From: Octopus vulgaris | Lineage: Eukaryota | Length of the DNA: 64,000 nt | Direction of reading: 5' to 3' | Assembly: GCA_951406725.2 (NCBI GenBank) | Contig: OX597826.1 | Location: 45,074,001-45,138,000 of the forward strand | Shown here: positions 27,060 through 41,978 of the stretch, one piece after another | Layout: each line of letters starts with the position of its first letter | How positions within the stretch are numbered: the first letter of the stretch is position 1 | Translations under genes and position numbers: made by a program | The notes under the pieces: model-generated | The model's database searches: none | The model's input: the letters and a program-made list of their open reading frames with translations, nothing else | What the model was told of the DNA's origin: nothing

Positions 27060-27230
27060 CATTGGTTTTAAACTTTGGTACAAGGCCAGGAATCTGGGTG
27101 GGGGATTTAGTCGATTACACCGACCCCTGTACTCAAGTAATATTTATTTGATCGGCACCGAAAGCATGAAAGGCAAAGTCGACCTTGGTGAAATTTGAAC
27201 TCAGAAAGTAAAGACAGATGAAATACCGTT
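27060..27230 (-). mobile_element. Older SINE family D subfamily (related copies at about 2080-2220, 2640-2790, 26880-26960, 57530-57665, 61290-61475, 63085-63270)
   Basis: Shares tgaaaggcaaagtcgacc..atttgaactcagaa with family D and has a ggccttgtaccaaaatttgaaac-type tail. Confidence 0.7.
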
Positions 27231-28089
27231 CCGCCTTTCGACCGTTGCCTTTCGGCCAGCGCACTGGCAGAATCTTACGTGAGGAATATAAAGAGACATA
27301 TGATGTAGAAGAGTACAGAAGGCAACATTTTATTAAGTGTATGATAGGAGAACATGCTTAGCCATATTTTTCTGGCTCCTCAGTTTTGGGGCAAAAGGGA
27401 ATACATTGCGAAAAGTCTCACAGAAAAGCAGAGTGACAAAAGGTTGGAACATGTCGATTCACTCAAACTAGAAGAAGTACACTAAGCATCGACTTTTAAA
27501 CTATAGCTGTGTACTTTCATATTCAACATGTTCGTGCACATTCAATCGTAGAAGTAACTTCGCGGCGGAAAATAACACGGGAAATAATTTTTTTCTTGTA
27601 GATTATATGCGTGAAAGTACACAGAGGAGGGGCTACAAATGATGTTATCGGACACGTCATGTTTCATCAGACAAAGAAACCGATTATAAAAGAAATTGAA
27701 AATGAATAAACAAAGCACTAACAAAAAATGTTGCTTAAACTATAAATTATTTCTAATCTCTGAAATAAATGGAAGAAAATTATCCTAATTTTAATATCTG
27801 TAAATAGAACTAATTAGAGTGCAAGGATTAAAAGCAGAAACAATTCTGATAATAAAAGATTATTTCATTATTACAAATAGACACGCAGGAAAATATTTCA
27901 CCAAGGGAACTTAATTTAAGATGTACATTCAACATAGAGGAAACGGCACAGCACACGTATTACGTAGATTATAGGGTACTTTCACTATAATAATACTTGG
28001 CGTACTGAAATGAAACCCTAGTACCAACACAAGATGCAGAGAAGAAATTTAAAACTGGTGGAAAATAATATAATCCATGACATAAACCT

Positions 28090-28215
28090 CGCTTCCTAAC
28101 CACATGGTTCCAGGTTCAGTCCCAATGCGTGACATTTTCGTCAGCTGTCTTCTACTATAACCTCGAGCCAACCATGGCCTTGTGAGTGAATTTAGTTGAC
28201 GGAAACTGAAAGGAG

Positions 28216-28300
<85 letters not shown>

Positions 28301-28577
28301 ATGTATATACTTATGTGCGTGTGTATATCTGCGTGTTTGTGGGTGTGTAGGTGGTTGTGTCTTTGTGTCTGAAGTTGTCTACCACCACCCCTTGATAAAC
28401 AGTGTTGATTAGTTCATGTTCCCGTAAACTAGCAGTTCGAAAAAAGAGACCGATAGAATAAGTACCAGCCTTAAAAAAGTAAATCCTGGGGTCGATTTCT
28501 TCGGCTAAAACCCTTCAAAGCAGAGTGCCCCAGCATGACCGCAGTCTAATGACTGAAAAAATTAAAGGATAAAAGAT
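28090..28577 (+). mobile_element. SINE family C with expanded internal (TA)n
   Basis: Collinear with the 41979 copy. Confidence 0.85.
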
Positions 28578-30177
28578 ATCGACTCCAATGTTCACCTACA
28601 GATGCAATACTTCTCGATGCTGTATTTCTGATCCAATATAGTTTTTAAAAAATTTTTTTATTGTTTTTATTTTGGCTCTTACAACATAGATCCTCATCCA
28701 GGCGACCCGACTTAGCTTGGTCAAGCCTAGGCCTTGGCTTTCTACCAACTCCATTAATGATCCCTTTTCATCCAAATCCACCTAGATGCTTTCTCAGTGC
28801 TCTTACGCTGTTTCTGGTGGCATTCCTTCTATTCAGTTATGCATTGCCCAGAATCCTATAGAACTTAGTAAATGTAAAAATATTTGATTGCCAGCATCTT
28901 ATTCTCAACCGTTACTTGCGGCAGTCCTCCACCAACTCCTGACACGTATCTTACTTCCTCTCTTGCACCGCCTCCATCCGCTTTTCCTAAGGCACAGCCC
29001 ACTTCAATATGATTAGCTGCCTTGTTGGCTTGGAAACCAAAATATCTGGTCTCAGCAAAATCTGGGTGATAATGCATAGTAAATAAATTAGGCGGAGTTT
29101 GCTCAACTTAATCGACCCTACTGTGTAACTGCTAATTATTATATGATTCCCAGAAGAGCTCAAGGCAAAAGTGACCTCAATGGGATCGTCCAAACTAAGA
29201 ATGTAAATCGAGGTAATTAAATACCGCGAGGTATTTTGTCCGTGCTTTCGTAGTTTCTGTCAAACTACCACCACAATTATAAGAGAATGTATGTTGGAGG
29301 TGGTGAGGAAGAAAAGGTGATGAAAAATTCGGAGAGAAAAATAATGGAAAAGTCAACGAAGAAAGAGATGTAGAATAGGAAATAGGAATATAATGTTGGA
29401 AAGAAATATTAATATTAATGACACTGCAGTGAATGCGTTCCAATATGAAACAAACTCAAGTTGTTACAGGTGCAGAGAAAAATGGCGTCCAATTATTATT
29501 TCAAATAACATATACAAGTTAATAACCAACAGCTGTTAATTTATGATTTTCTTATTTTTCTAAATAATAACCGTTATTTACCTCATTAAAGCATTTGCCG
29601 CATGTTGTTATTATATACATCATTGCATTTTAGCAATTGGACGTCGTTACCATACTCCTATTCAATAGCAAGATAGAAAGTGTGGACGAGAAATAATTCA
29701 CTGCTTGACGTTTACTTAAAATTAGGCAGTGACCACACGTGTAGTTTAGTATCGAATTACAGAGAGATATATATTTTTCCCTCTCATCTCTTGTTGATAC
29801 AGAGAAAAATCTAAAGCAAAAAATGTCCGTATATGTATATATATATATATATGTATATATGCTTATATATGCTATTTATGCATGTGTATATACATCTTAT
29901 ATACATATGTATATATAGAAACACATATACTTATATATGCCTATCTATCTATATATTTAGACACACGTGTATAAGTATAGAATAAAAACATTGATAATGC
30001 ATGCATGTACATACGTATATATATATATATTTATATGTATGTGTATATGTATATATATACATTTATATATATATAGGTGTGTGTGTATTTATGTATGTGT
30101 CTATGCATATATATACGTTTATATATATAGGTGCATGTGTGTGTTTATATAAGTATATATGTATATTTACATATTTG

Positions 30178-30216
<39 letters not shown>

Positions 30217-30582
30217 GTACGCCTGGTTGTCGATGTGTGTATATGAATCTGCGCGTGCGCGTATGTGAGCATTTATACATTCAACTCCTACAAAGAATAG
30301 CACCTGTGAAAACATATCTGAAAGAAAATGTCGAAGCAGCTGGCGATGTGCTAATGAACACGGTTTCAAGGTCGATATGTTTTGCTTACCTTCAGTGGTC
30401 AGGAATGAATAGCCATCCTACTGAGACTGGGGATTACTGGAGGTCATTCAATATATCGTATCGTCAAATGCTATACCCTAATATATAAAAGGAATCTCGC
30501 TTGAAAGTTTCATACAAAACTTTCACGCTTAAATTTCACGCCAACATTTTATGAAACAAGTACAGGGATATATATATACATG

Positions 30583-30617
<35 letters not shown>

Positions 30618-30632
30618 CGTGTATATACATAC

Positions 30633-30705
<73 letters not shown>

Positions 30706-30712
30706 AAGGTAA

Positions 30713-31080
30713 GGAAGCACTCCGTCGGTTACGACGATGAGGGTTCCGGTTGATCCGAATCAACGGAACAGACTGCTCGTGAAATTAACGTGTAAGTGGC
30801 TGAGCACTCCACAGACACGTGTACCCTTAACGTAGTTCTCGGGGATATTCAGCGTGATACAGAGAGTGACAAGGCCGGCCCTTTGAAATACAGGTACAAC
30901 AGAAACAGGAAGTAAGAGTGAGAGAAAGTTGTGGTGAAAGAGTACAGCAGGGATCACCACCATCCCCTGCCGGAGCCTCGTGGAGCTTTAGGTGTTTACG
31001 CTCAATAAACACTCACAACGCCTGGTCTGGGAATCGAAACCGCGAGTCCGCTGCCCTAACCACTGGGCCATTGCGCCTCC
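30713..31080 (-). mobile_element. tRNA-derived SINE family A, tail type 2
   Basis: Family A head with a different tail, near-identical to 53119-53500. Confidence 0.9.
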
Positions 31081-31187
31081 ACATATATATATATATATAT
31101 ACTAATATAGGATGAAGCCTTTTTACAGAAAAAATTTCATCAGAAAATGTGGCAGCATATTAAAATACCTTTAAGGTTAAAATTATG

Positions 31188-31560
31188 AACAACTTATAAA
31201 CAAGGGCTAAAGAAAATTATTTCTATGCCAATATGCTGATAACAGACTTTTAAATCATCAATTTCCACATATTATTTACTCGCAACAGAAAACACTTACA
31301 GGCGCTCGTAGGTATTTCATTTATGTCTTTTCGTATTTTCTACTGAAGACGAAAAAATTTATTATGAGATTAATTCCGAAACTGATTCAATATAGAAATA
31401 ACGAACTTTTTAAAAAAATCTTTTGGCCAGCTTTCCTCGATTTCAGCTCTACGTGTTCTCTGTAGCGAGTAAATAATATGTGGAAATTGACGATTTAAAA
31501 GTCTGTTATCAGCATATTGGCATAGAAATACTTTTCTTTAGCCCTTGTTAATAAGTTGTT
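31188..31560. repeat. Inverted repeat with ~108-bp arms and a 157-bp spacer
   Basis: 31188-31295 is the reverse complement of 31453-31560 with few mismatches. Confidence 0.92.
31337..31398 (+). ncRNA. Hammerhead motif in the inverted-repeat spacer (cleavage site mutated)
   Basis: TTTCTA-CTGAAGA-cGAA...TTCc-GAAACTG-att-CAATA-TAGAAA; 6-bp stem I, CAATA where CAGTA is expected. Confidence 0.6.
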
Positions 31561-31630
31561 TATATATATATATATACATGTTAAAAAATTCAAGATCGAA
31601 AATGCTAAAATAATTTCATAAAAAACATTT

Positions 31631-31666
31631 CAGTGCCGGTTTCAATCATTGAGACTTTTTCAACTG
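31631..31666 (-). ncRNA. Degenerate hammerhead motif
   Basis: Minus strand CAG-TTGAAAA-AGTCtcaatGATT-GAAAC-CG-GCA-CTG. The architecture is retained but the core carries three transitions. Confidence 0.4.
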
Positions 31667-31998
31667 TAAGTATGGAAAACAATTAAATTTTGGAAAAATT
31701 TTAAAAAAAGCTTTTTAAAATAATATTTCTATAGTGTTCAAATACAAGTGGCATTTTCCTTATTTCTGTCGGTTTTTACTCTTGTGGGTTCAAGGTCGTT
31801 GTGTATTTTTGGTAGGGAAGAAGAAGAAGAAGAAGAAGAAGAAGAAGAAGAAGAAGAAGAAGAAGAAGAATGGGGGAGTGGGATTTGGTTTGCAAGATTC
31901 TTTACCTGAGTTCGTGTGCTGAAGCATATTTTGTTGTCTGGGAAGAGTAATTTTCTTTTGGTGCCTTATAATTGAAGGCACACTCACAAGTATATATA

Positions 31999-32059
<61 letters not shown>

Positions 32060-32364
32060 CATTTTAATGCATAATTTTCGTGTGTTGATGGCGGCGGAGT
32101 TGGCGTCACGCTCAAACACCTGCACCTGTGTTTGCTTCTCCCCTTCTTCCCTCCCTCGTGAAGCTGTGGGAAGGAGTTAAGGAAATCAACGTCGTAATGC
32201 GTTGTCAAGAGACCAGGTTCTTTTAGAACAACGACTTCATGGTTGAAGACACCAAAACAGAAATGGCTTAGAAAGCTCGAATTGGCATCTATAAAGGAAG
32301 TAACTCTCAAAATGCTTAATAGTTTTTCCACAAACGAGCAACGCATACTAGTATATATATAAAC

Positions 32365-32415
<51 letters not shown>

Positions 32416-32454
32416 TGTATGTATGTATGTATGTATGTATGTATGTATGTATGT

Positions 32455-32871
32455 ATCAACTGTTTCAGTGATTAGGCTGCAGCCATGTTGGTACACACTT
32501 TAAAGAACTTTTGGCCAACTGAATTGACCCAAGTACTTGTTTCTTTTAAAACCGGATGCTTATTCTACTGTTTCTGTTGCCGAACCGCTAAGTTACAGGG
32601 ACCTAAACACACCCACGCGAGTTGTCAAGCGGTAATGGGGGACAAACACAGATGCAAAGACACATAAGGATACACACACACATACATACATACACACATA
32701 TATATACGTTGGGTTTCTTCCAGTCTCCGTCTCCCAGATCCATTCACAAGGCTTTAATGGTCCTGAGGATATAATATAAGATACTTGGTCAATGTATCAC
32801 GCAGTGGGTCTGAACCCGGAAGCAAGTAGTTGGGAAATAAGCTTTCTACCACACAGCCACGTCTGCGCCTA
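32455..32871 (-). mobile_element. SINE family C
   Basis: Collinear reverse complement of full copies. Confidence 0.8.
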
Positions 32872-33519
32872 TACACACACACACACACATACACACACAT
32901 ATATATATAAGGTCATAAATAAATTTTGAAATAGTTTGATGAAATTTGTATTTAACAAGCAATTTCTAATATCACGACATTGTTAAATAAAATTTTATCA
33001 AATTTTTTCAAAAGTCAATTATGTCTTTATACACGCCTGATCTTTTTTTCACTTGTATTGTACAATGTATTCTATATGTTTTTGTACAATAATACATTAA
33101 GGAGCTTTTTTTTTACTAAGAGTACCACCGGATTACTTGAATCTATATATTGTGGCTTACATATATACACATACGCACACACACACACGCTCACACTCAC
33201 ACACACAATTTCCGACGAAGGCTAACAGGCGTAATATTCGAAATGAATGTCTCTCCTATTTTTATAACACCCCTCCCCACCAAAAAGCTACTTGATAATT
33301 CTTCAATTCAATGTTAAATTGGTTTTATGTATGATTCAGTACTGTATTTATTCAACTAAAATATGAAACCTCTTTAAAGTGGTATCCCAGCATGACTGCA
33401 GTCCAATGGCTGAAGCAATTAAAAGATGAAAGGGGGAAAAAAAAGATACGTCTAAACATTTTATATGTTCAGCTACTACTAAATTTTAAAAAAAATAGGA
33501 TCTGCACTACGCATCATGT

Positions 33520-33822
33520 GGAGGCACATGGCCTCGTAGTTAGAGCAGCGGAATCGCGGTCGACGGATCGTGGGTTCGAATCTTAGACCCAGCGAAGTGT
33601 GTGTTTGTGAGCGAAACACCTAAGCTTCAAGCGACTCCGGCAGAAGGTAATGGCGAACTTCTGCTGACTCTTTCGCCACAACTTTCTCTCACACTTTCCT
33701 CTTGCATCTTGCAGCTCACCTGCGACGGGCCGGCGTCCCGTCCAGGTGGGGAACCTATACGCCAAGGAAACCCGGAAACCGGCCCTAATGAGCCAGGGAT
33801 GGCTCGAGAAGGGACAAACAAC
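33520..33822 (+). mobile_element. tRNA-derived SINE family B
   Basis: Near-identical to 23723-24024. Confidence 0.9.
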
Positions 33823-33884
33823 ACTATGTATCAAAACATCCACGTTCAAAAGTGACCATTGTATGAGAATTTATAGATCTTTTA

Positions 33885-34652
33885 TCTATTTTTTCAGATT
33901 TTGGTGTGCGGCCATGCTGGGGCACCGCCATGAAGGGGTTTAGTCAAAGGAATCGACCACACTACCTAGCTCTTTAAAGCCTGGTACTGTCTATCATTTT
34001 GGCTGTACTTTTCTTACGCGGACGTAGACATACCTGCACCGGTTATCGAGCAGTGTTTGAGGGTAAATGCAAACGCAAAGTCATACATTCGATAATATCC
34101 CAGAAACAGCTGTAAGACTTTGAATATTTCCAATAATAATAACGTATATCATTTGAGATGTTTGTCTTGCCTTAACGTTTGTTCTCCTTAACAATCATAT
34201 ATCCGCTATATCGGAAATCTACAATGGGTCCATAACTACCGTTTCGGCTATAAACTTGGAGCACTGGTAATCTGTTACAACTCTTACCTAGTGTACATAG
34301 TCGTTTAGATCACCTGCGAACTAAACCCCCATACTTTGTGTGTGTGTGTATATATATATTTATATATATATATATATATGAGTGTATATATATATATATA
34401 TACACACATATACATGTACATATATTTATTTATCTATACATATGTATCCATGTATTTTGTATGTGTGTATATATACACACACTCACATGATGGGGTTCTT
34501 TCAGTTTCTGTCTACAAAATCCATTCACTAGTTTTTGGTCGGCCCGGGACGACAGTAGAAGACACATGCCCAAGGTGCTACACATTGCAATTGAATAAAG
34601 GATGGCATGCTTACAAAGCCAGCTTCTTAGCCGCATAGCCACGCCCGCGCCT
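33885..34652 (-). mobile_element. SINE family C interrupted by a ~250-bp insert
   Basis: Tail at 33885-34080 and head at 34490-34652. The insert begins with aatatcccagaaacagctgtaagacttt, the 3' half of the hammerhead family seen at 1423-1470. Confidence 0.7.
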
Positions 34653-34992
34653 CTGATAAAATCTTGTTTTTAAAAGTCAGTAATTTAAGTATTATATAAA
34701 TGCATATTTGCATTTCTTAATAAATAAACACTGATGTAGTTAAGAACTACATATATTTGCATATTCAAACAGATGAATTTATAAACCTGTAACTATATTT
34801 TAACGATAAGCTGGAAGATATTTCATTAAATTTCAGTTGCTTTCTGATTTAAGATAGATCAGAACATAAACTTTCGAATGACACAACCCCATAAATCATT
34901 TGCTAAAATATGGCTGTTGAAACGTTGTTGCGAAATATAACGGAAGCAATCAATATTATCGATCCAACGATTTGATATATATGAAAACTTTG

Positions 34993-35026
<34 letters not shown>

Positions 35027-35069
35027 TCTCATTGGTCAAATGAGCACCGCCTTTCCATATACATATAAG

Positions 35070-35134
<65 letters not shown>

Positions 35135-35148
35135 TAGATGTATGCATG

Positions 35149-35193
<45 letters not shown>

Positions 35194-35218
35194 GAATAGA
35201 TATATATAAATATATATC

Positions 35219-35289
<71 letters not shown>

Positions 35290-38200
35290 CAGAGAGAGAG
35301 ATACACATATACGATATGCACATATATGCACTCGTATATATAAAGAATACATTCGCAGATATATATATATCATATATGCATATGTGTGTGCGTATATGTG
35401 CTTGTGTGTGCGCGCGTGAAAGCGTGTGGGCGCGTGCGAGCGTGTGCTTATGAGTGTACATGTGTGTGAGCGTGTACGTGTGTGTGTGTGTGAGTACATT
35501 CATTCATTGATACATGCATATCTACAAATGGGAGCTTGAGATTAAAGCATGCAAATATGCACACTCACGCACGGACATACACGCGCACTTGGACATGCAC
35601 ATATTTATCATTGAAATGTGCTCGGCTAATTTTGGTATCGGTGATATTCTTCAAATACATTCCAACATTGAAGATAAATAAACAAGTAAACCATACGAAA
35701 TGTTTATTAAAATAAAAACACGTCTTTTCAGTAATCATCTGACACCTCTTAAGATCCTCCCAGAGGGAGAATAATTGCGTGGATATACACACGCAAATAC
35801 ATACATGTCTACGTGTCCGAAGACGTATTAACCGTATGATTCGTTAGATGATATTCGATTTTCAATGATATCCACTTCACTTCGTTTCTATGCTAATAAT
35901 TCTTAGAAAAGCATGAACGTCAAAACTTGCCATTTTTCTCCTGTCAATAACAGACTTTACATTTATATAAGAAACCGATATTAAAAATTGATATCAATAA
36001 TTTGTATTCTGTCAGGACTTTTTTTTCATATAGGTTTAACACAGGAGTTCCATTTCTGAGAAGTAGAAATAACACTCCTACCATGTAACCTTATTTATTT
36101 CCACAGTCTCTGGGCATATTTTTGCTCATTATGCAGCACCTTGTATAAGAAAATTATGAAATAATTGTAATTATAAAGGAATTGCAGTAACGATGTTATG
36201 GAATTAATAAGTCAAAAAGAAGATAAGGAGATTTAACAAAGAATATCTAATAGAAAGAAATAAAAGAAAAAGAAAGACAGAAGGCACGAATCAAATATTG
36301 AAATACAGAATGAAATATATATGGGAATGAATAAAGAGAAAACAAAAGCTAATTATTCTAAGAAGATTTTAATTAACAAAACGTAAGCAGTGATGTCGTC
36401 AGAAAGGAGACAATGGAATGCATTCCAATGGGAATTCAACAAAAACACATTTATTCAATATTCTCCTTTCTTCGTTTCAGAAATTTTTCATTTTCTCTGT
36501 TTTGTTTTTTGTTTTTGTGTTTTTAAATTTTCCATTTATTTCTAATTTCATTTTGCTTTCGTTTATCTTTTTCAATGATAATTTGTGTATATATAATGAT
36601 TTTTCAAGTTTTATAACACCTCTAAATGACTATTCAGCACTTACACACAGACACACAACAGAACGCTCACACACACACACACGCACGCACACACACACAC
36701 ACATACACACACACACACAATACACAGACGCACATGTAATCTCAGTTTTAAAATTTGATTAATCTTCATTGAAAATTAACGAATCCAGTTTGTTGCTAGG
36801 AAGGTCATTCATTGTAATATATTGATTTCTGTCATTGCATAGAAGAGCAAAAATGTAGACAGAGGCTTATGCAAATTAATCGGCCCGTTATTTTATAGAC
36901 CCTTAGATGAAGGAAAGGTTAAAGTGACTTGAAAGGATTTGAACTCAATATATATTAAAAAAATATGATCACTACCTAGACAATTTCTATTTCTCACCGT
37001 CCCTTCTTTTTCATAATCCATAAGTACTAGTATGCACAGCAGACAAACATGCGTTCACGTATATTCATACAGACGCTTATAAGGCCGTTTAGTTTATAAT
37101 TAATTTAAATTAATTTAAAATGAGATTCAACTGTGAGAAGGTAATTCAACTGTGAGAACGGTTCATAAAATAGTCGGTTTGTGTCTATCATGAAACAGAA
37201 TTTGGCAGTAGGCTAGGTATGAATTGCAGTAACGTGGGAAACATCTAGAATAGGTTGAATGGTTAAGAAGATTCTTTTCCTTTTAAACTCGAAGAAACGT
37301 TGCCCGGATATCTGATGATTTGAGCACAGAATTCTTTCATAAGACTCCTCGAGTAAACTAAAACGTTATAAAGGCATTCATGTTCTTTTCCTACACTTTC
37401 GCATATACTGCGGTCTGTTTCTACTACAAAAGGTATGATGATACTCTTATGCCCATGTTCCTAATGTGATTTCCTATACTCTTAAATTCATAATTTTGCA
37501 TTTATCAGTGAGTTTGTTATATGCACCTCAAATGTCATCAGGCATTTTTCGTAAATGAGTTTGTCTCATATAATAGTTTTCTAAATGGAATTGTGAGGTT
37601 TTGTTTGTACAAGTTTTCCTTTGGCGATTATATTGTACAATGCTTTTCTAAATGTGAAGGAGTGTTTCCCTTTGAATGCCACATCGATGAACATCTCATT
37701 GTTTGCATGCAACGAGCCAGCCTTGACTAGTTTCTTTTACTTTTTTACCATCTCCAGGATTTGGTATCTGGTATCTCCTCCACCTTACCAAATTTGCTAA
37801 GAAAACGTTTATTTTTACATTTGCAGCAATAGCGGAACTCCTGATAACTAGATGTTTAGTGACGTACAATTTCGTATAATACGAAGAGTAATTTCTTCCA
37901 TTGACCCAAATCGCTGGCGATAATTTGTCATCTACTACAAAACTTAGTGTTTTGCTGAAGAGCTTGACGAGAGGTCAGTGGTCAGCTTCATGTTGGATGC
38001 TTTCTATAATACTTTTTCTAATTCCTAGATATTATCGATCGAGGTTATTTTACCTAGATATTTTCGATCGAGGTTATTTTAACCTAGATTAATGCCATCA
38101 ACATACTAAGGGTACATTACCTTATGCGTGGATCTGTCCGCTAGGTACTGTTTCAGTTGCTTATCCCATCATACGAAGGGGAGGTTGGCTACGTCTCTAG

Positions 38201-41200
38201 GAATACTGACTGCGATGGCCGCACCCTTCTCTTATACGTATATATCATTATTAATAAATTTAAACATATGACTTGCCAGGATCGTTTTTATGTTGGCGCT
38301 AACAGAATGTGCAATAATATTTCTTGTTCGTTGACGTTTAGAGGCATGTGGTTTATTCTTTGCAGTGCTCAGTTATAGATTTACTTTGAAGAAACACATC
38401 AACTTATTTCAAACATCAAACGAAAATTCTCACTGAACTTCTTATGATATATATTTGCGAAAATGTGCTGCGAAACCTCCGAGACGCTTTTTACATCTTG
38501 TTTAGATTCTTTCTTATTTACGAGTTCACTCAAAGCAAGCATTGTATGAGTTCACTGAAGAATGGCCATACGTTCATGTTACCTTTGTAATACAATGTAA
38601 CTTAAGCCTTGTGACGTCAGCTAACCAACAATAAATTATCCAATACTCTGTTTTATATATGAGAAGATCTAGATTTTAGAGTCTACGGGCTTCTTGGCTA
38701 TTACCTAACCAGCACAAATCTCATGTAATAAGGATAACCTCGGTTTATCCTTTGTAGGATTTGAACATAAAATTATAAATCCTTTAAATGTAAGCTCTCC
38801 ATTAACGTTGCCTCTCAACGACCCAACCCCTCTTCTTCCAGCAACTAATTACCAATCTAATTAAGTAGACTTTATCAAGATAAAACCTTTCTTTTAAGGA
38901 GTAAAATCAATTTAGGATTTTCACAAGGAGAATATAAACGATTAAATGGCATGCTTCAAACTCTGTTATATAACGAAATAGAATCAGCCTGTAATACTTT
39001 TCAGCTGTTCCGTATAATTTAGCAATTTGCACTTTATAAAATATCGACATGAGTATCTGTGAAGAAATCAAAACACACATAATGGCTATTCTATCAGTTT
39101 TGAGAAATGGCATTGCTCAAGTTCATGACTTGTTTACTGTTGAAGTCTTAATCCACCCACAGATTTAAATGATTTCCTCCAGATTCCGTGTCGTTCTGAG
39201 TACGATTCGCCTCCTTATGTCACTGAATTAATGGAATTTGGTAATCCGGTCATTTATCAAATAATACAAGAGCATATCTCAGATTATAACATTACACAGA
39301 ACTTAAGAGGCCTTTAAGCTATCGATAATGATTACTCAAGTAAAAAAAATAAACATTAGTAGTTGCTGACTTTTAGCGAATTGTTTCCATGGTGTGCACA
39401 TGCGAACACATGCATTTTAATTCAGTAATGCGTTTAAGTGCATCTATAACTGCATGTGAATATGTGCAAAGATGTGCGCTATGAAAACACCCCAAGGTTA
39501 ATTTTGACAAATTTTTATTTTGCTTTTCTGAAGAATATTTTCGATATCAAACTTCGTTGGTCTTAGCGATGTTTGTGTTCTTTCTTTACATACAAAAAAA
39601 TACTATATTTTAGCCGTGGGTGGCTGATAGAACATTTTTCATTCATGTATTACTCCTGATAAGAGAATAACAAATGTATCGCAATTTCAGTTCAGTTAAT
39701 TGAATTTTGATCTAAACTGTTTGTAGCTCACAACTGAATTTAATTTTGTAGATTAAAGAAAGTTACTTTCAAGGTACTGCTACAGCTTGGTTCCGACTTC
39801 TGTCACAAGCACTCTTCTTATTGTCTTTATTACTGTTTACAATGGATATGAATGTTATCATTTCTGTTATATTTTATTTCAATTTTTTTTTCTCAAACAC
39901 AGAGTCGGTCTGGACTCTCGTCGCTTCGACGAACGACGGTTTAACAAGATGCCGGTGTTTTGTTTTGCTGAACAACCCACACAATGAATTTTATTATAGT
40001 GAGCATGGTTTGTGCAGAGCCAGTTTCATTTTCCCTTCCTTCAAACCTGTACTGGTCTGATGCAAGAAGCATCACTAGCCTAGTTAACAGGATACAGGAT
40101 TTGTATGGAGTTAGCTACTCTAAATTGAGCAGTTAAAGAGATGAAGGATTTCATCTCCCTTGCTTCGTACGGGATGTCTGTGAGTGAGCTTCCTCGGGAG
40201 ACAGTTCAGTGTCATGTTAATTAATCGATAACTGGCACCGTAGCAGGTGCTACTACACTGGGAACGTAAAGTGAAGTTGGGAACATTAGCGACTGAAAGG
40301 TGATTCCATACTCTACAAAAACCAGGAAATCTGGAAAAAAGTCCCTCTATCGGATACAGAATAAAGTCATACCCAGGGCAAATAGAGAGTATTTTTGCTT
40401 CATGATCTTCTTGGTTATTTCAGTGATATTCTTTTCCAAGAAGATGCTGTAGTAATTTTGAAGTGAATTATATTTTGTTCTATGATTTTAATTCTTGGTT
40501 ATATAATTTATAAATAGAGAAATATAGTTATGTCTGTGTTACTTTATCGGTATGTTTACGCTGACTTTTAATATTCCCCAAAGGTATGATTCGGGTCAAA
40601 AGAAATGTAGAGCATCAAACTATATGTCTATGTATAGCTTCCGGGGTGTAAGTAAATTATACAGAGGCCAATATTGTCTTATATTCTGTTATTTTGGTGA
40701 AATATCTACCAACAGAATGCTGAGATTGATTCATTCGGCTGTATCTCTACTTCTTAAAAAGATTGGCCTCGTACCAACAGAAGAAGCCGATAATTACATA
40801 CTATGGTGCCAATTAATTTGATTCCGAAAATGTCGTAGCATTGCTTCATCTTAGAGATGCTTAATATATAATGAAGTTTAATGGTTCGCTTTTCATTATA
40901 ATATTTTTATTTTAACTTATGCAGAAAATGCAACGATGATAGCTTCTTCAGTATCTTCGAAGCAGTCTGTAAACAATAAGTATTGCCCAGCATTCATTGA
41001 CTCTGTCATAATCACAATGGTTAATATTTGTATGGAATATTAGTATACAACTTATGAAATATCTTCGTATATTCTGTAGATTTTACTCTTTCAAATATTC
41101 GTATATTTAGAAATGTGCCAATGTTCGATGAAAGAAATTCCATTAACAGCAGTAAAGTGAGCAGCAATAAATTGCTGGTGTGCTAAATTAACGTGGAAGT

Positions 41201-41978
41201 CTCGTTTTCCAACTGAGCCATTACAGCACTTCCTGTTCCTGCAATTTTGGGCTGAAATCAATAGAATATAGTGATATGGATTCCATTAGGTGAAGATGTC
41301 CTTGAAACACAACATGAAGACGGAGCCATTAGTCGTGCGCTAATTACAGTTGACCGAAAGCGATGAAATGTAAGGTTAGGATATGAAATCAAATTGAAAC
41401 AAAACTAAAAGTAAGATGATGATCTACAGAGCCTTCTTGACCTAGCAGCGTTAATAATATTGATAATTACATATCACTGTGTTCTTAATTGCAATATTTA
41501 TTCAGGCGTTGTTTGAGTGTTTCCTTTTTAGTCACGCCACGAGAAAAGGTAGCTTTATGAATGCATCCGAATTACGAGGCAAGATGTTGCTGTCTTCAAC
41601 TTTGTATCTAATGCAATATTCATTTGTGTGTCTGTCTCTGTTTTATGTTTACGTAGGCAGTCTTGAACCTTTATATTTGTGCTTGCAAAGTAAATAATTA
41701 CCATTTAAATATTGGCATTGACAATTTCTACATTCGTTTAACTTTCCCAATAAAATAAAGCTTCAATTTGAAACAAATGTTCAAAAGAAGGAGCCAGCAC
41801 TCCACTAAACTAACTTAAGACTGAGCTACGGTCTTTTGTATAATTGGCAGCTATATGTAATTGGATTATTATTTGTTGAATTATTTGGGTTGCCTCAGTT
41901 CAATACAATTATTTGTTCGAATATTATGCAGTAACAAGGTAAAATGATGGTTAGGAGACACAAAAGGTACATATAGCC

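Noticed and set aside
33210-33255. CCGACGA...GAAAT..GTC motif
   Set aside because: Two core changes and no clear stems.
39525-39560. CTGAAGA-ATATT/GATAT-CAAAC motif
   Set aside because: GAAA is absent and there is no stem I.
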